Assembly (NCBI GenBank): GCA_963717505.1
Contig: OY970342.1
Span: 2,496,001-2,560,000, forward strand
Direction of reading: 5' to 3'
DNA length: 64,000 nucleotides
Source of the DNA: Candidatus Eiseniibacteriota bacterium
Lineage (GTDB): Bacteria > Eisenbacteria > RBG-16-71-46
Under the pieces are notes generated by a model. That model was given only the letters and a program-made list of their open reading frames with translations, ran no database searches and had not been told where the DNA came from. The position numbers were made by a program, and so were the translations under genes. Every line of letters starts with the position of its first letter. The first letter of the stretch is position 1. Below are positions 19,365 to 29,488 of the stretch, one piece after another.

Positions 19365-19379
19365 GCAAGCGCCGGGCCA
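19365..19379 (-). promoter_or_regulatory. Sigma-54 (-24/-12) promoter of the 19-kb operon
   Basis: Minus strand TGGCCCGGCGCTTGC (GG-N10-GC); upstream TGT-N11-ACA (about 19405-19421) and TCGC-N5-GCGA (about 19446-19458) as candidate enhancers. Confidence 0.6.
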
Positions 19380-19559
19380 CCGAACCGGTCACTCCACCAG
19401 CGAGTGTGCGCGAATGAAACAGTGGGGGAGAGGACGCAGCCCATTCGCAAAACGCGATGGCTGGGGCGTCGCGCGCAGCAGAAGCGGGCACGTCCCTCGC
19501 GGGCTCACGTCGCGAGGGGCCGGCGGAACGCAGGACTTTGGCGGCGGCGGTCGGAGGCG

Positions 19560-19820
19560 CTAGGGTGTCGCGGCGGGCTTGCTGGCCATCTGCAGCATCC
19601 GGCCGACGGCCATGCCGAGCAGGATCCAGAGGAACAACACCACACCGACGCCGGCGCCGTAGGCCAGGTGGGCGATGCGCGAGGATTGGGTGGTGAAGTC
19701 GCTGAGCGCGACCGGGGGAATGGCTTTCAGGTAGAGACGAAAGAACCACTCGCCGAGTGCGACACCGACGGCTTCACTGACCACGAACAAGACGATCAAC
19801 GTGACCGTTCTGGTCGACAT
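19560..19820 (-). CDS. Small two-TM membrane protein
   Basis: ATG 19820 with GGAG upstream; two hydrophobic helices. Confidence 0.6.
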   Translation of the reverse strand: MSTRTVTLIVLFVVSEAVGVALGEWFFRLYLKAIPPVALSDFTTQSSRIAHLAYGAGVGVVLFLWILLGMAVGRMLQMASKPAATP

Positions 19821-19905
19821 GGGAGGATCTCCGGTGATTTCGGGACGGTCGGGTTCCAGACGGAAGGCTATCGCACGGCTCTCGAGACGGAAAGGCTGGG
19901 GGGTA

Positions 19906-20649
19906 ATGACGCGTTCGACAGTTGGAATCGTGCTGGCGCTGGCCGCGGGGATCGCCGCGGCCGCAGTCCGTCCCGCGGCCGCCGACATCACCATCTTCGG
20001 GAGGTACACCTTCGCGAATGGCGACACCGCGACCCGAGCGTCGTACTTCTCGCGCAAACGGGTGCGCATGACGGCTCCGGACGGCAAGGAGTTCATTCAC
20101 GACGCCCAGGCCAAGCGGGTGACGGTGATCGACCACGTCGGCCGGCGCTACTACACCGGCACGATCACCCAGGCCGACAGCCTGGCCGCCAAGCTGCTTC
20201 TCGAGCGAAACCAGGAAATCAAGCCGCTGATCGAGGCCAACCAGGAGCGCTGGTTGCAGATGATGAAGGGGTTCAACGACTCGATCGAGGTGGTGGAAAC
20301 CGGCGATACCCGCACGATCGCCGGCTACCCGTGCACCCGGTGGACCATGCGCGCCGCGTCCTACATGACCCACGAACGCTGGGTGGCGCGCGGGCTGAGC
20401 GTGCCCAACTACGGAGGCGAGCTGGAAAAGGTGGTCATGGCCACGGTGCTCGACCCGCTGGGACGCCAGCTCATGCGGATGTTGATCCAGTTGCGGGAGC
20501 AACCGGGGGCGGTATTGGCCTCGTCCACGAAGTTTCAGACCCTGACGCAAAGCGGCGCCTTCTCGTGGGAGGCGGACAGCACCGACTCGCGGACCATCCC
20601 CCCGGCAGTTTGGGAAGTACCGAAGGACTACACGAGGGTGCAACCCTAG
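19906..20649 (+). CDS. Secreted DUF4412-like protein
   Basis: Signal peptide; ETGDTRTIAGYPCTRW and C-terminal IPPAVWEVPKDYTRV motifs. Confidence 0.7.
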   Translation: MTRSTVGIVLALAAGIAAAAVRPAAADITIFGRYTFANGDTATRASYFSRKRVRMTAPDGKEFIHDAQAKRVTVIDHVGRRYYTGTITQADSLAAKLLLERNQEIKPLIEANQERWLQMMKGFNDSIEVVETGDTRTIAGYPCTRWTMRAASYMTHERWVARGLSVPNYGGELEKVVMATVLDPLGRQLMRMLIQLREQPGAVLASSTKFQTLTQSGAFSWEADSTDSRTIPPAVWEVPKDYTRVQP

Positions 20650-20982
20650 GTCCTGCGGGGCGACGCCCGACGCGTTCGTGCTCCATTCGCCTCGCGCGCG
20701 CCGGCTGGTTTCGATCGGCACGGAAACTGCCACGTCCACGCGACCCTTGACGTCGCCGGGGTCGTCGGCCGCTCAGGGATGAGGCGTCTTCCGGGCGCAC
20801 GTGCGCGTACAACGTGCCTTCGGAGCGGGGAACGCCTGTTGTCCGGCTCTCTCGCTTCGAGGGCTCGAAGCGTGCGGTCTGCCCCTTGGTCCATTGCCCT
20901 CCGCAATTCGTGGGGCTTCCGGATCCCTCGCTCGTCGTGTGCAAGTGCAACGACTTGCGGCCGTTTCATCTAGAAACCGCCG

Positions 20983-20997
20983 TGGCACGGAGCTTGC
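20983..20997 (+). promoter_or_regulatory. Sigma-54 promoter of the minor pilin operon
   Basis: Consensus TGGCACGGAGCTTGC about 45 bp before the ATG; inverted repeat GCAAGT-N6-ACTTGC at 20941-20958. Confidence 0.8.
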
Positions 20998-21042
20998 GGT
21001 CAATTAGCTGCATTTCGACCGTCTTCGTCCGAGGGAGAGGGA

Positions 21043-21513
21043 ATGGATTATCCACGCGCAGCACTCGATGGGACACAACATCCCTTCCGGCAGGATGCCG
21101 TCCGGTCGTGGACGAAGGGCTTCACGCTCACCGAGCTGCTCATCGTCGTTTCGGTGATGGGCCTGCTGATCGCCTTCGGGGTGCCGTCGATGTCGGGGTA
21201 CATCCGCTCGACCCGGCTGACGGGGGCGACCAACATGATGATCGCGGACATTCACTACGCCCGCTCGCTGGCCACGGCCAAGCGGCGCACCTACCAGGTG
21301 GCGTTCGACAGCCTCGGCTATTCGATCGCCCAGGCCAGCCCGTGGGACGTGATTCGGAGCCGTGAGCTGCCGCGCGGAGTGAATTGCGCCGCGACCGACA
21401 CGGTGACGCTGTTCGCGTGGGGCCTGACGACGCCGACCACGATCACGGTCAACGGCCACGACGGAACGAAGACCCTGCAGGTGAGCGCCAACGGGAGCGT
21501 GTCCCATGACTAA
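21043..21513 (+). CDS. FimT/FimU/GspH-like minor pilin
   Basis: Prepilin motif KGFTLTELLIVV; ADIHYARSLA. Confidence 0.88.
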   Translation: MDYPRAALDGTQHPFRQDAVRSWTKGFTLTELLIVVSVMGLLIAFGVPSMSGYIRSTRLTGATNMMIADIHYARSLATAKRRTYQVAFDSLGYSIAQASPWDVIRSRELPRGVNCAATDTVTLFAWGLTTPTTITVNGHDGTKTLQVSANGSVSHD

Positions 21514-21868
21514 GGCCCCGCGAGCCGCCGAGTCCGGGGTCACCCTGGTCGAGCTGATGATCGCGCTGGTCATCATCGGAGTCGGGATCCTGACGCTCTC
21601 CGCCGTCCAGACGCACTCGAGCCGCGACGTCACGGTCACCGCCCAGCACACGCGCGCCCTCAGTTTGGCGCAGGCCCAGGTCGAGAACGCTCGGATCGCC
21701 GGCTTCGACGCCGCGGTGGCGGACTCGGGTGTCAATGGCGTCTACAACTGGCGCCGGGAGATCACTTCGGTTGGCACCGGCCTGAATCGGGTGCGGGTCA
21801 CGGTCAACTGGAACGCTCAGGGCGTTCCTCGCGGCCTCGAAATCAGCACCCTGATGTCCACCCGATGA
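21506..21868 (+). CDS. PilV-like minor pilin
   Basis: SGVTLVELMIALVII prepilin motif; RVRVTVNW; operon position. Confidence 0.82.
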   Translation: MTKAPRAAESGVTLVELMIALVIIGVGILTLSAVQTHSSRDVTVTAQHTRALSLAQAQVENARIAGFDAAVADSGVNGVYNWRREITSVGTGLNRVRVTVNWNAQGVPRGLEISTLMSTR

Positions 21869-22467
21869 GGCCCGCCGTGAATCGACCCGTTCGCTTCAAC
21901 CACGGTTGCGCCGGCCTGACGCTGGTCGAGCTCACCGTCACGGTCGTGATTCTCGCCGTGGTGTTCTTGATCGTCAGCAGTCTGTTCCTGTCGACCAGCC
22001 GGTTCCAGTCGCGGACCGTGCGCCGCGCCGAGGTGCAGATGTCCGGCATGCAGGGCATGTCGCTGATGACCATGGAGATCCGCCAGGCCGGGGCGGATCC
22101 CGCGGACCCGCAGATCGGCGTCGTGCCCATCGTCACCGCGTCCGCCACCCAGATTCGCGTGCGCTCCGACCTCAACGCCGACGGCGTCCTGCAGACCACC
22201 GAGCCGTCGGAGGACGTGACCTACAGCTACGACGCGGGACAGCAGGCGATTCTGCGCGACCCGGGGTCCGGGGCCGCGGTCGCGATCCCCAACGTCACCG
22301 ACATGGCGTTGACCTATTTCGACGCGAGCGACACGCCTCTGACCACGTTTCCGCTCAGCGCGACCGACGCCGCCCTGGTGCGCTCGGTGGGCCTGACCAT
22401 GACCACTCAGGATCGTGATTCCGTCGGCATGACGCTCACCACGCGCATCATGCTCCGGAATCTCTAA
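21865..22467 (+). CDS. PilW-like minor pilin
   Basis: AGLTLVELTV prepilin motif; MEIRQAG; terminal IMLRN. Confidence 0.85.
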   Translation: MRPAVNRPVRFNHGCAGLTLVELTVTVVILAVVFLIVSSLFLSTSRFQSRTVRRAEVQMSGMQGMSLMTMEIRQAGADPADPQIGVVPIVTASATQIRVRSDLNADGVLQTTEPSEDVTYSYDAGQQAILRDPGSGAAVAIPNVTDMALTYFDASDTPLTTFPLSATDAALVRSVGLTMTTQDRDSVGMTLTTRIMLRNL

Positions 22468-22478
22468 GGCGGAACTCG

Positions 22479-22961
22479 ATGCCGAACACGATGCTCACCC
22501 GGAGGTGCCCGATGACGGAACAGCGGGAGTGCGAACGCGGATCGGCCATGATCCTGACCCTGGCCGTGGTCGCGGGCCTGGCCCTGCTGGCGATGATCGT
22601 GGTGTCGATCGCGACGTCGGCCAAGTGGACCGAGTTCGCCGAGTACACGCACAGCCGGGCGTTCTACTCCGCGGATGCCGCCGGGGAAGCCGCGATCAAC
22701 TGGATCCGCTTCCAGCCGAGCCCGCCGGCGATCATCGACGGCCAGAACCACGTGTTCGTCGCCGGCGGTGCGACCGTTCTCAGCGCGAACCACAGCTACC
22801 AATACGACGTCCAGTTCGTGCGCAAGCGTTTTCGAGAGGGATGGAGCCTTGACTATAAAGACTACGAGTATCTGATCGACGCTGACGGCGCTAGCGCGCA
22901 GCAGTCCGAAGCCGCTATCGAAGTACGCGTCACGCGCCTGTTTAAGGAGGGCTACCAATAA
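22479..22961 (+). CDS. PilX-like minor pilin
   Basis: ERGSAMILTL (no Glu5) and RAFYSADAAG; directly precedes pilY1. Confidence 0.82.
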   Translation: MPNTMLTRRCPMTEQRECERGSAMILTLAVVAGLALLAMIVVSIATSAKWTEFAEYTHSRAFYSADAAGEAAINWIRFQPSPPAIIDGQNHVFVAGGATVLSANHSYQYDVQFVRKRFREGWSLDYKDYEYLIDADGASAQQSEAAIEVRVTRLFKEGYQ

Positions 22962-22962
22962 C

Positions 22963-25677
22963 ATGTTCACGCGACTGCACAAATCCGGCGCGGCGCTCAT
23001 GGTGCTCATGGCGGTTGTCACCATGAGCGACGTGGCGGCCGCGCAAACCTGTGATATCCCGTTGGTCGTCCGCCGGACCGCGGGCGAAGCCAACGTGCTG
23101 ATCATCTTCGATACCTCGGGCAGCATGAACGAGGCCATGTGGCACAGCGCCTACGATCCGACCGTCAATTACAGCGGCCGGTTCGATCCCGATGAGACTT
23201 ACAACATCTCGACGGACGGCAACTATCGCCAGCGCGACTTCCGGAGCACGTGGCCGACCACGCCGACCGCGTACCTGGTCGACAGCGACCAGGGCGAGGA
23301 CGGCCGGTACTCGGGCAACTACCTGAACTGGATCTATTCGCATGCGACCACGGCTCAGCGGGCTGCGATCCCGAGGCTGACCCGCATCCAGGCCGCCAAG
23401 CCGGCGGTGGTCAGCATCCTGAATGCTGGCAGCAACATCAGCTATGGGCTCATGGATTTCAACGGCGACGACGGCGGCACCCTGCTGTCGCCGATCGGCA
23501 CCGCTCCGGCCAGCATCATCAGCACGGTCAACACTCTGCGTGGTGATTCGTGGACGCCGCTGGCCGAGACCATGGTCGACGCCCTGGACTACTTCAAGAC
23601 GACCGGCGCCAGTGCTCCGATCAAGGCGGCCTGCCAGAAGACGTTCATCATCCTGGCCACCGACGGCCATCCGACCAAGGACCTGAACGTCCCGGCGTAC
23701 CTTCAGGACTACGACCACGATGGCCGTGAACCGGGCAGTTGCGCGAGCCTGGGGGCGCCGTTCCCTAATTCGTCCGACTGCAGCGAGTACCTCGACGACG
23801 TCGCCGCCTACATGTTCAGCAACGACCTGCGTCCGGATCTGGAGGGCTTCCAGAACGTGACCACGTACGTGATCGGCATGAACATCAACGCCTGGATTCT
23901 GAACGACACCGCGGACAAGGGCGGTGGCGAGTACTTCTCGGCGAACGATCCCGCCCAAATGGCGGAAGCCCTCGATCGGGCCATGAACATCATCGAGACC
24001 AAGATCTCGGCTGGTTCGTCGGTGTCGGTCGTGGCTTCGGAAGGCCAGACCAACGACCGGCTGTATCGCGCGCGGTACGAGTCGGTCTCGTGGCGCGGAT
24101 TCGTCGAAGCGTTCGATCTTCCCTACCACGCCGGCGACCCGCCGGTGTGGCAAGCCGGCGAGCTGTTGCAGAGCCGGGATCCCGCCTCGCGCGAGATCTT
24201 CACTTCGACCACCGGCAGCAACAAGGTGAACCTGACGTCGGCCAACGCTTCGACGCTGATGTCGCCGCTCGGAGCGGCCACCACGGCTGCCGCGACCGAC
24301 ATCATCAACTATTCCCGCGGCGTGGACGTGGCCGGGTTCCGTGATCGCGACGAGTGGAAGCTCGGCGACATCGTCGACTCGTCGCCAATCGCGGTCGGCA
24401 AGCCGTCGCAGGGCTATGACTTCCTGTCCTACGAAAGCTACCGCGCGAGCCACATGACCCGCACCGAGGTCATCTACGTCGGGGCCAACGACGGCATGCT
24501 GCACTGCTTCAACGCCGACGACGGCGTCGAGCGGTGGGCCTACGTGCCCAAGAACCAGCTGCCCCGGCTCGACGAGCTGATGAGCCCGGGCTACTGCCAC
24601 AGCTACTACGTCAACATGCCCCCCGCGGTGTTCGACATCCACAACGGGTCCACCTGGAAGACGGTCCTGATCGGTGGCCAGGAACGTGGCGGCACCGGGT
24701 TGTTCGCTCTGGACGTGACCAACCCCGACCCGAACAACGTGAGCGTGATGTGGGACATCGACTATCCGACGCTCAAGGGCTCGTGGAACAGGCCCGAGCT
24801 GGTGCGGGACAAGACGCTCAACGCGTTCGTCCTGGTCGCGCCCACCGGACTGGATTCGGTCACCCGCCAGGGCCGGCTGCTGGTGTTGAATCCGACCAAC
24901 GGCAACCTGCTCGCGACGCACAACCTGGGTACGGCGGCCACCACGACCAATATGGTCACCTCGGCCAAGGCGATCGACAAGAACTTCGACGGCTACGACG
25001 ACCTGCTCTACTGCGGGGACCTCGCGGGCCGTCTGTGGCGCGTGAACCTCACGACCAATCCGTGGACGGTCTCGCTCTTGTTCAACAACAACCAGCCGAT
25101 CCAGGGCACGCCGGTTCTCAGCATCGACAAAGCCGGCCGGGTTCTCGTCTACTTCGGAACCGGCCGCTATCTGACCGATGCGGACCTGTATACCACCGCT
25201 CAGCAGACGCTGTTCGGGATCTTCGACGATCACTCGGGGACGACGATCACCAAGACCGACTTGGTGAACCAGACCTCGACGATCAACGCGGTGCCCGCGA
25301 ACGCGAAGGGGTGGTACATCAACCTCAGCCAGCACGCCGCCGAGCGGGTGATTCGCAGCCCGGCTCTGGTCGCCGGCGCCCTGTTCTTCACGTCGTTCCG
25401 GCCGCGCTCGGACGTGTGCGAGAGCGGTGGCGAGTCGTGGCTGTACAGCCTGGACTTCGCCGACGGATCGGCGCCCGACAATGCGAACAAGACCGAGAAC
25501 AACAACCTCTCGGCTCGGGTCGAGTCGAAGGGCGATGGCGTCCTCTCGAACCCGACCGTCGACATTGCCAACGAGGAGATCATCTTCCAGTCGTCCGACA
25601 CGTCGTTGATCAGCCATGACATCGACATCGCGCTGCAGAAGGTGCTCGTCCGTTCGTGGCGCCAGCGCTGGAACTAG
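22963..25677 (+). CDS. pilY1: PilY1/PilC type IV pilus tip adhesin with vWA domain
   Basis: Signal peptide; MIDAS DTSGSM, TPLAE, ATDG; LGDIVDSSP, YVGANDGMLHCF, ERWAYVP, ALDVTNP; Ca-binding loop DKNFDGYDD; YFGTG, KGWY. Confidence 0.92.
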   Translation: MFTRLHKSGAALMVLMAVVTMSDVAAAQTCDIPLVVRRTAGEANVLIIFDTSGSMNEAMWHSAYDPTVNYSGRFDPDETYNISTDGNYRQRDFRSTWPTTPTAYLVDSDQGEDGRYSGNYLNWIYSHATTAQRAAIPRLTRIQAAKPAVVSILNAGSNISYGLMDFNGDDGGTLLSPIGTAPASIISTVNTLRGDSWTPLAETMVDALDYFKTTGASAPIKAACQKTFIILATDGHPTKDLNVPAYLQDYDHDGREPGSCASLGAPFPNSSDCSEYLDDVAAYMFSNDLRPDLEGFQNVTTYVIGMNINAWILNDTADKGGGEYFSANDPAQMAEALDRAMNIIETKISAGSSVSVVASEGQTNDRLYRARYESVSWRGFVEAFDLPYHAGDPPVWQAGELLQSRDPASREIFTSTTGSNKVNLTSANASTLMSPLGAATTAAATDIINYSRGVDVAGFRDRDEWKLGDIVDSSPIAVGKPSQGYDFLSYESYRASHMTRTEVIYVGANDGMLHCFNADDGVERWAYVPKNQLPRLDELMSPGYCHSYYVNMPPAVFDIHNGSTWKTVLIGGQERGGTGLFALDVTNPDPNNVSVMWDIDYPTLKGSWNRPELVRDKTLNAFVLVAPTGLDSVTRQGRLLVLNPTNGNLLATHNLGTAATTTNMVTSAKAIDKNFDGYDDLLYCGDLAGRLWRVNLTTNPWTVSLLFNNNQPIQGTPVLSIDKAGRVLVYFGTGRYLTDADLYTTAQQTLFGIFDDHSGTTITKTDLVNQTSTINAVPANAKGWYINLSQHAAERVIRSPALVAGALFFTSFRPRSDVCESGGESWLYSLDFADGSAPDNANKTENNNLSARVESKGDGVLSNPTVDIANEEIIFQSSDTSLISHDIDIALQKVLVRSWRQRWN

Positions 25678-25691
25678 GAGGAGTGACATCC

Positions 25692-26093
25692 ATGAAGACG
25701 CATAAGAGCATGGCGCTGTGCGCCCTGGCGGTGGTGGTGCTGACGTCGGTGTCCTCGGACGCTGGTGCCGACCGCCGCAAACTGAATGACGAGAGCAAGA
25801 GTAAGGGTCGGACGTTCTCGGTCTCGATGGAGTACACCGGACGCGTCGGCGACGACATGGTCATCGGAGGGGTCCGGTATCGAATCGGAAAGAATGTGCC
25901 CGTGTATGTCGTCGGCCAGGGCGCCACGTTCCAGGGCGTCACGGTCACTCGCCAGTCGATCTTCCTCGCCGGCGAGATGCGCGGCAGCGACGCAATCGTC
26001 AAGTCGGTGATCGTGCGTCCGGCGACCACGACCCAGGAAGGGCTCGACAACAGCATGAACGTGAAGCTCATGCCGGCCGGATCACCGCAGTAA
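25692..26093 (+). CDS. Hypothetical secreted protein
   Basis: RBS AGGAGG, signal peptide, beta-rich; co-oriented with pilY1. Confidence 0.65.
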   Translation: MKTHKSMALCALAVVVLTSVSSDAGADRRKLNDESKSKGRTFSVSMEYTGRVGDDMVIGGVRYRIGKNVPVYVVGQGATFQGVTVTRQSIFLAGEMRGSDAIVKSVIVRPATTTQEGLDNSMNVKLMPAGSPQ

Positions 26094-26094
26094 G

Positions 26095-27058
26095 ATGGAC
26101 TCTCACGGACGGCGACGGATCGACGTCCCAACGCCCGGTGTGCGGGCGTGCTTCGTGGCCCTGGCCGTAGCCCTGATCCTGACGGGCTGCGGCAGGGCCA
26201 AGCCACAAGGCGGCGCGAATCCGGCGTCGGCGGAACACAAGGGAGTCCGCCTGTCGCCGGATCCGGCGTTTGCGGCGTCGCGCATCGACGTGATCTTCGA
26301 CGATCGCTGGATCGATCCCGCCCGGTGTCGATTCCGGTGGACCCGAAACGGATCGACGATCATCGGCGCCGAGTCGAGCGCCCTGGACCCGGTTCACGTC
26401 TCGAAGGGGAGTGTGATCGCGGTCGAGGTGGTGGTCGACGATCCGGCCACCGGCGAACCGCGCACGCTCGGTGCCCAGGTTCCGGTGGTCAACACGCCCC
26501 CCAGGATCCATCGAGTCTCGCTGGTGGTGGCCGCGGCCACGGGCAACGCCGAAGTCCGCGCCAGCGTCGAGGGCATCGATCCCGACCAGGACGCGCTGTC
26601 CTACGGATATCACTGGTTCAAGAACGACGCGGCGATGGAAGGCGCGAGCCAGGCCGTCGCTACCGTTGTCGAGCCTGACCCGCGGGGATCGCGTCGCGGT
26701 CGAGGTCGTGGCCAGCGACGGGGAGGCCAACGCGCCGGGGATGCGCAGCGACGTGCTCGAGATCGAGAACGGCCCGCCGCGGTTCACGTCTCAAGCGACG
26801 GCACCCAAGGCCGGCGACGAGTCGTTCCGCTACCGGCCGGTTGCCGTGGATCCCGACGGCGACGCCGTCAAGTACCAACTGCTCGAGGGGCCGATCGGCA
26901 TGATGATGTCCTCCGACGGCACCGTCTCGTGGTCGCTGCCGCCCCAGGGCCAGCGCTCGGGGCAGCATCGGGTCCGCATTCAGGCCAGCGACGCCAAGGG
27001 CGGCGTCACCGTCCACACGTTCTCGATCGACCTGGAGGCCTTGGCCACCCGGCGCTGA
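26095..27058 (+). CDS. Ig-like repeat lipoprotein (frameshift near 26665)
   Basis: Lipobox LTGC; NTPPRI, DPDQDALSY.Y.WFKN, then NGPPRFTS, AVDPDGDAVKYQL..GP.GM in the second frame. Confidence 0.75.
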
Positions 27059-27115
27059 GCGATCGAGGCGGGTTGACCCCGGTGCCGGGACGCGGTACCG
27101 ATCTCCTTGCCCGCC

Positions 27116-28021
27116 ATGTCGATCCGACCCGTCAAACGCATCCTCGAATCCCAGCCCACCGTGGAGGGCGCCGGCGTCAAGCTGCGCCGCGCTTTCGGGT
27201 TCGGCGATACGAGCGAGTTCGATCCCTTCCTGTTGTTCGACGACTTCCGCAACGACGATCCGAAGGACTTCCTCGCGGGATTCCCCTGGCACCCGCACCG
27301 CGGGATCGAGACCATCACGTACGTGCTCGCCGGCACGGTCGAGCACGGCGACAGCCTGGGGAACCGCGGCACGCTGGGCGCCGGCGACGTCCAGTGGATG
27401 ACCGCCGGCAGCGGGATCCTCCACCAGGAGATGCCGCAGGGCGATCCTCGCGGACGCATGCACGGCTTCCAGCTGTGGGCCAACCTGCCCTCGACCCTGA
27501 AGATGACCGCCCCGCGCTATCAGGACATCGCCGCGCGCGACGTCGAGGAAGTCACCGACGACGACGGCACCCGAGTGCGCGTGATCTGCGGCGAGTACTG
27601 GGGGCGTCGCGGGCCGGTCGACGGCATCGCCGCCGATCCCAGCTACCTCGACGTCTGGGTGCCGCCCGGCCGCCGCAAGAGTCTCAAGGCGGAAACCCAT
27701 CGACACGCGTTCGCTTACGTGTTCGAAGGCGCGGGGTCGTTTCGCGGCGCCTCGCCGCCGCAGAACGTCGCGACCGAGTCGGTCGGCGCCGGCGGGGTGC
27801 TCGGCGATCGGGAATCCGCAGACCGCTCGCTCGTGCTGTTCGACGCGGGCGACGAAGTCACGGTGCAGGCGGGCGAACGCGGCGTGCGCTTCCTGTTGGT
27901 TTCCGGCAAGCCGATCGAGGAGCCGGTCGCCTGGCGCGGTCCGATCGTGATGAACACCCAGGACGAATTGCGCCAAGCCTACCGCGAGCTTGGTGAAGGC
28001 ACCTTCATTCGCAAGCGCTAG
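27116..28021 (+). CDS. Pirin family protein
   Basis: DPFLLFD, GFPWHPHRGIETITY, VQWMTAGSGILHQE, FQLWANLP, GPIVMN. Confidence 0.95.
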   Translation: MSIRPVKRILESQPTVEGAGVKLRRAFGFGDTSEFDPFLLFDDFRNDDPKDFLAGFPWHPHRGIETITYVLAGTVEHGDSLGNRGTLGAGDVQWMTAGSGILHQEMPQGDPRGRMHGFQLWANLPSTLKMTAPRYQDIAARDVEEVTDDDGTRVRVICGEYWGRRGPVDGIAADPSYLDVWVPPGRRKSLKAETHRHAFAYVFEGAGSFRGASPPQNVATESVGAGGVLGDRESADRSLVLFDAGDEVTVQAGERGVRFLLVSGKPIEEPVAWRGPIVMNTQDELRQAYRELGEGTFIRKR

Positions 28022-28059
28022 GCGCCGCCGGCGCCATTCCCGATCTCCCGGAGGACTTT

Positions 28060-29472
28060 GTGCCGTTTTCCCGACTCGGCCTGCCCGCACCCATCGTCAA
28101 AGGCGTGCGCGCAGCCGGCTACACTGAACCCACCCCCATCCAGCATCGGGCGATCCCGATCATTCTGGAGGGACACGATCTGGTCGGCGCCGCCCAGACC
28201 GGGACCGGCAAGACCGCGGCGTTCCTGTTGCCGATCCTGACTCGGTTGATCAGCGGAGAACGGGCGCTGCGCGCACTGATCCTGGTGCCGACCCGCGAGC
28301 TGGCGGCCCAGGTCGAGACCAACGCCCGAGACTACGCGCGCTTCACCAACGTGCGCGCCGGAGTCGTCTTCGGTGGCGTGCCGATCGGCCCGCAGGAACG
28401 AATGCTCCGTCATCAGGGCGTCGATCTCCTGGTCGCGACACCAGGCCGATTGCTCGACCTCCACGGGCGCCAGAGCGTGACGTTCGATGACATCGAAGTC
28501 CTGGTCCTCGACGAAGCCGACCGCATGGTCGACATGGGCTTCGCGCCCGACCTGAAACGCATCCTGCGATTGCTGCCGAGTCGCCGGCAGACGCTGATGT
28601 TCTCGGCCACCATGCCGCCCGAGCTCAATCGTGTCGCGGGCGAAGCCCTGCACGATCCGCGCCGGGTCGATCTCGCACCGCCGTCGCGCCCGGCGGCCGG
28701 CATCACCCAGGCCATCTATCCCGTGCCCCGCCATCTCAAGACCGACCTGCTCGACCAGGTGCTGCTCGCCTCGGACGTCGGTAGCGTCATCGTGTTCACC
28801 CGCACCAAGCACGGCGCCGACCGACTGACGCGCCAGCTCAAGCAACGCGGCCATACCGTGGCCGCCCTGCACGGGGACCGTACGCAGGGTCAGCGGGAAC
28901 GGGCGTTGGCCGACCTCAAACGCGGCCGGGTGCAGGTCCTGGTCGCGACCGACATCGCCTCGCGCGGGATCGACGTCGAGGACATCTCGCACGTCATCAA
29001 CTACGACGTACCGCACACTCCCGAGGACTACGTACACCGGATCGGTCGCACCGGCCGCGTCGACGCGGTTGGCGACGCCTTCACCCTGATGAGCCCCGAG
29101 GAGCGCAGCGACGTCGTCGCGATCGAGCGGTTCCTCGGCCGCTCGATTCCCCGCGTGCAGGTGCCGGACTTCGACTACAAGCGCGCGGCCGAACGTGGAG
29201 CGCCGCCTCCGAGTCGCGAGCGGGCGCGCGGTTCGGCTCCGGGACGCGGCGGCTCGGGTCGTGGACCCAAACGGGAGGGAGGCCGGAATGGCGTCGCCGA
29301 GGGCGGCGCGCGCGAGCGCGGCACCCGGCGCAGCCCGGCGCCCGCCGCACCGTCCTCGGGAGAAACCGGATCCACGGGGCGCGACGCGAGCGTCAAGTGG
29401 GACTGGCCTCAGCCGGCGCATGGCCGGCGGCCGAAGCGCAACGCCCCCGATCGCCGCCGGCGCCGGATGTGA
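28060..29472 (+). CDS. rhlE: DEAD-box RNA helicase (RhlE-like)
   Basis: PTPIQ, AQTGTGKT, PTRELA, TPGR, DEAD, SAT, HRIGRTGR; basic C-terminal tail. Confidence 0.9.
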   Translation: MPFSRLGLPAPIVKGVRAAGYTEPTPIQHRAIPIILEGHDLVGAAQTGTGKTAAFLLPILTRLISGERALRALILVPTRELAAQVETNARDYARFTNVRAGVVFGGVPIGPQERMLRHQGVDLLVATPGRLLDLHGRQSVTFDDIEVLVLDEADRMVDMGFAPDLKRILRLLPSRRQTLMFSATMPPELNRVAGEALHDPRRVDLAPPSRPAAGITQAIYPVPRHLKTDLLDQVLLASDVGSVIVFTRTKHGADRLTRQLKQRGHTVAALHGDRTQGQRERALADLKRGRVQVLVATDIASRGIDVEDISHVINYDVPHTPEDYVHRIGRTGRVDAVGDAFTLMSPEERSDVVAIERFLGRSIPRVQVPDFDYKRAAERGAPPPSRERARGSAPGRGGSGRGPKREGGRNGVAEGGARERGTRRSPAPAAPSSGETGSTGRDASVKWDWPQPAHGRRPKRNAPDRRRRRM

Positions 29473-29488
29473 GTGCGAATCGTCGCGG

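Noticed and set aside
20713-20751. Minus-strand TCAAG...GCCGATC as a fourth sigma-28-like promoter
   Set aside because: The spacer is about 26 nt, far from the 15-16 nt of the other three.
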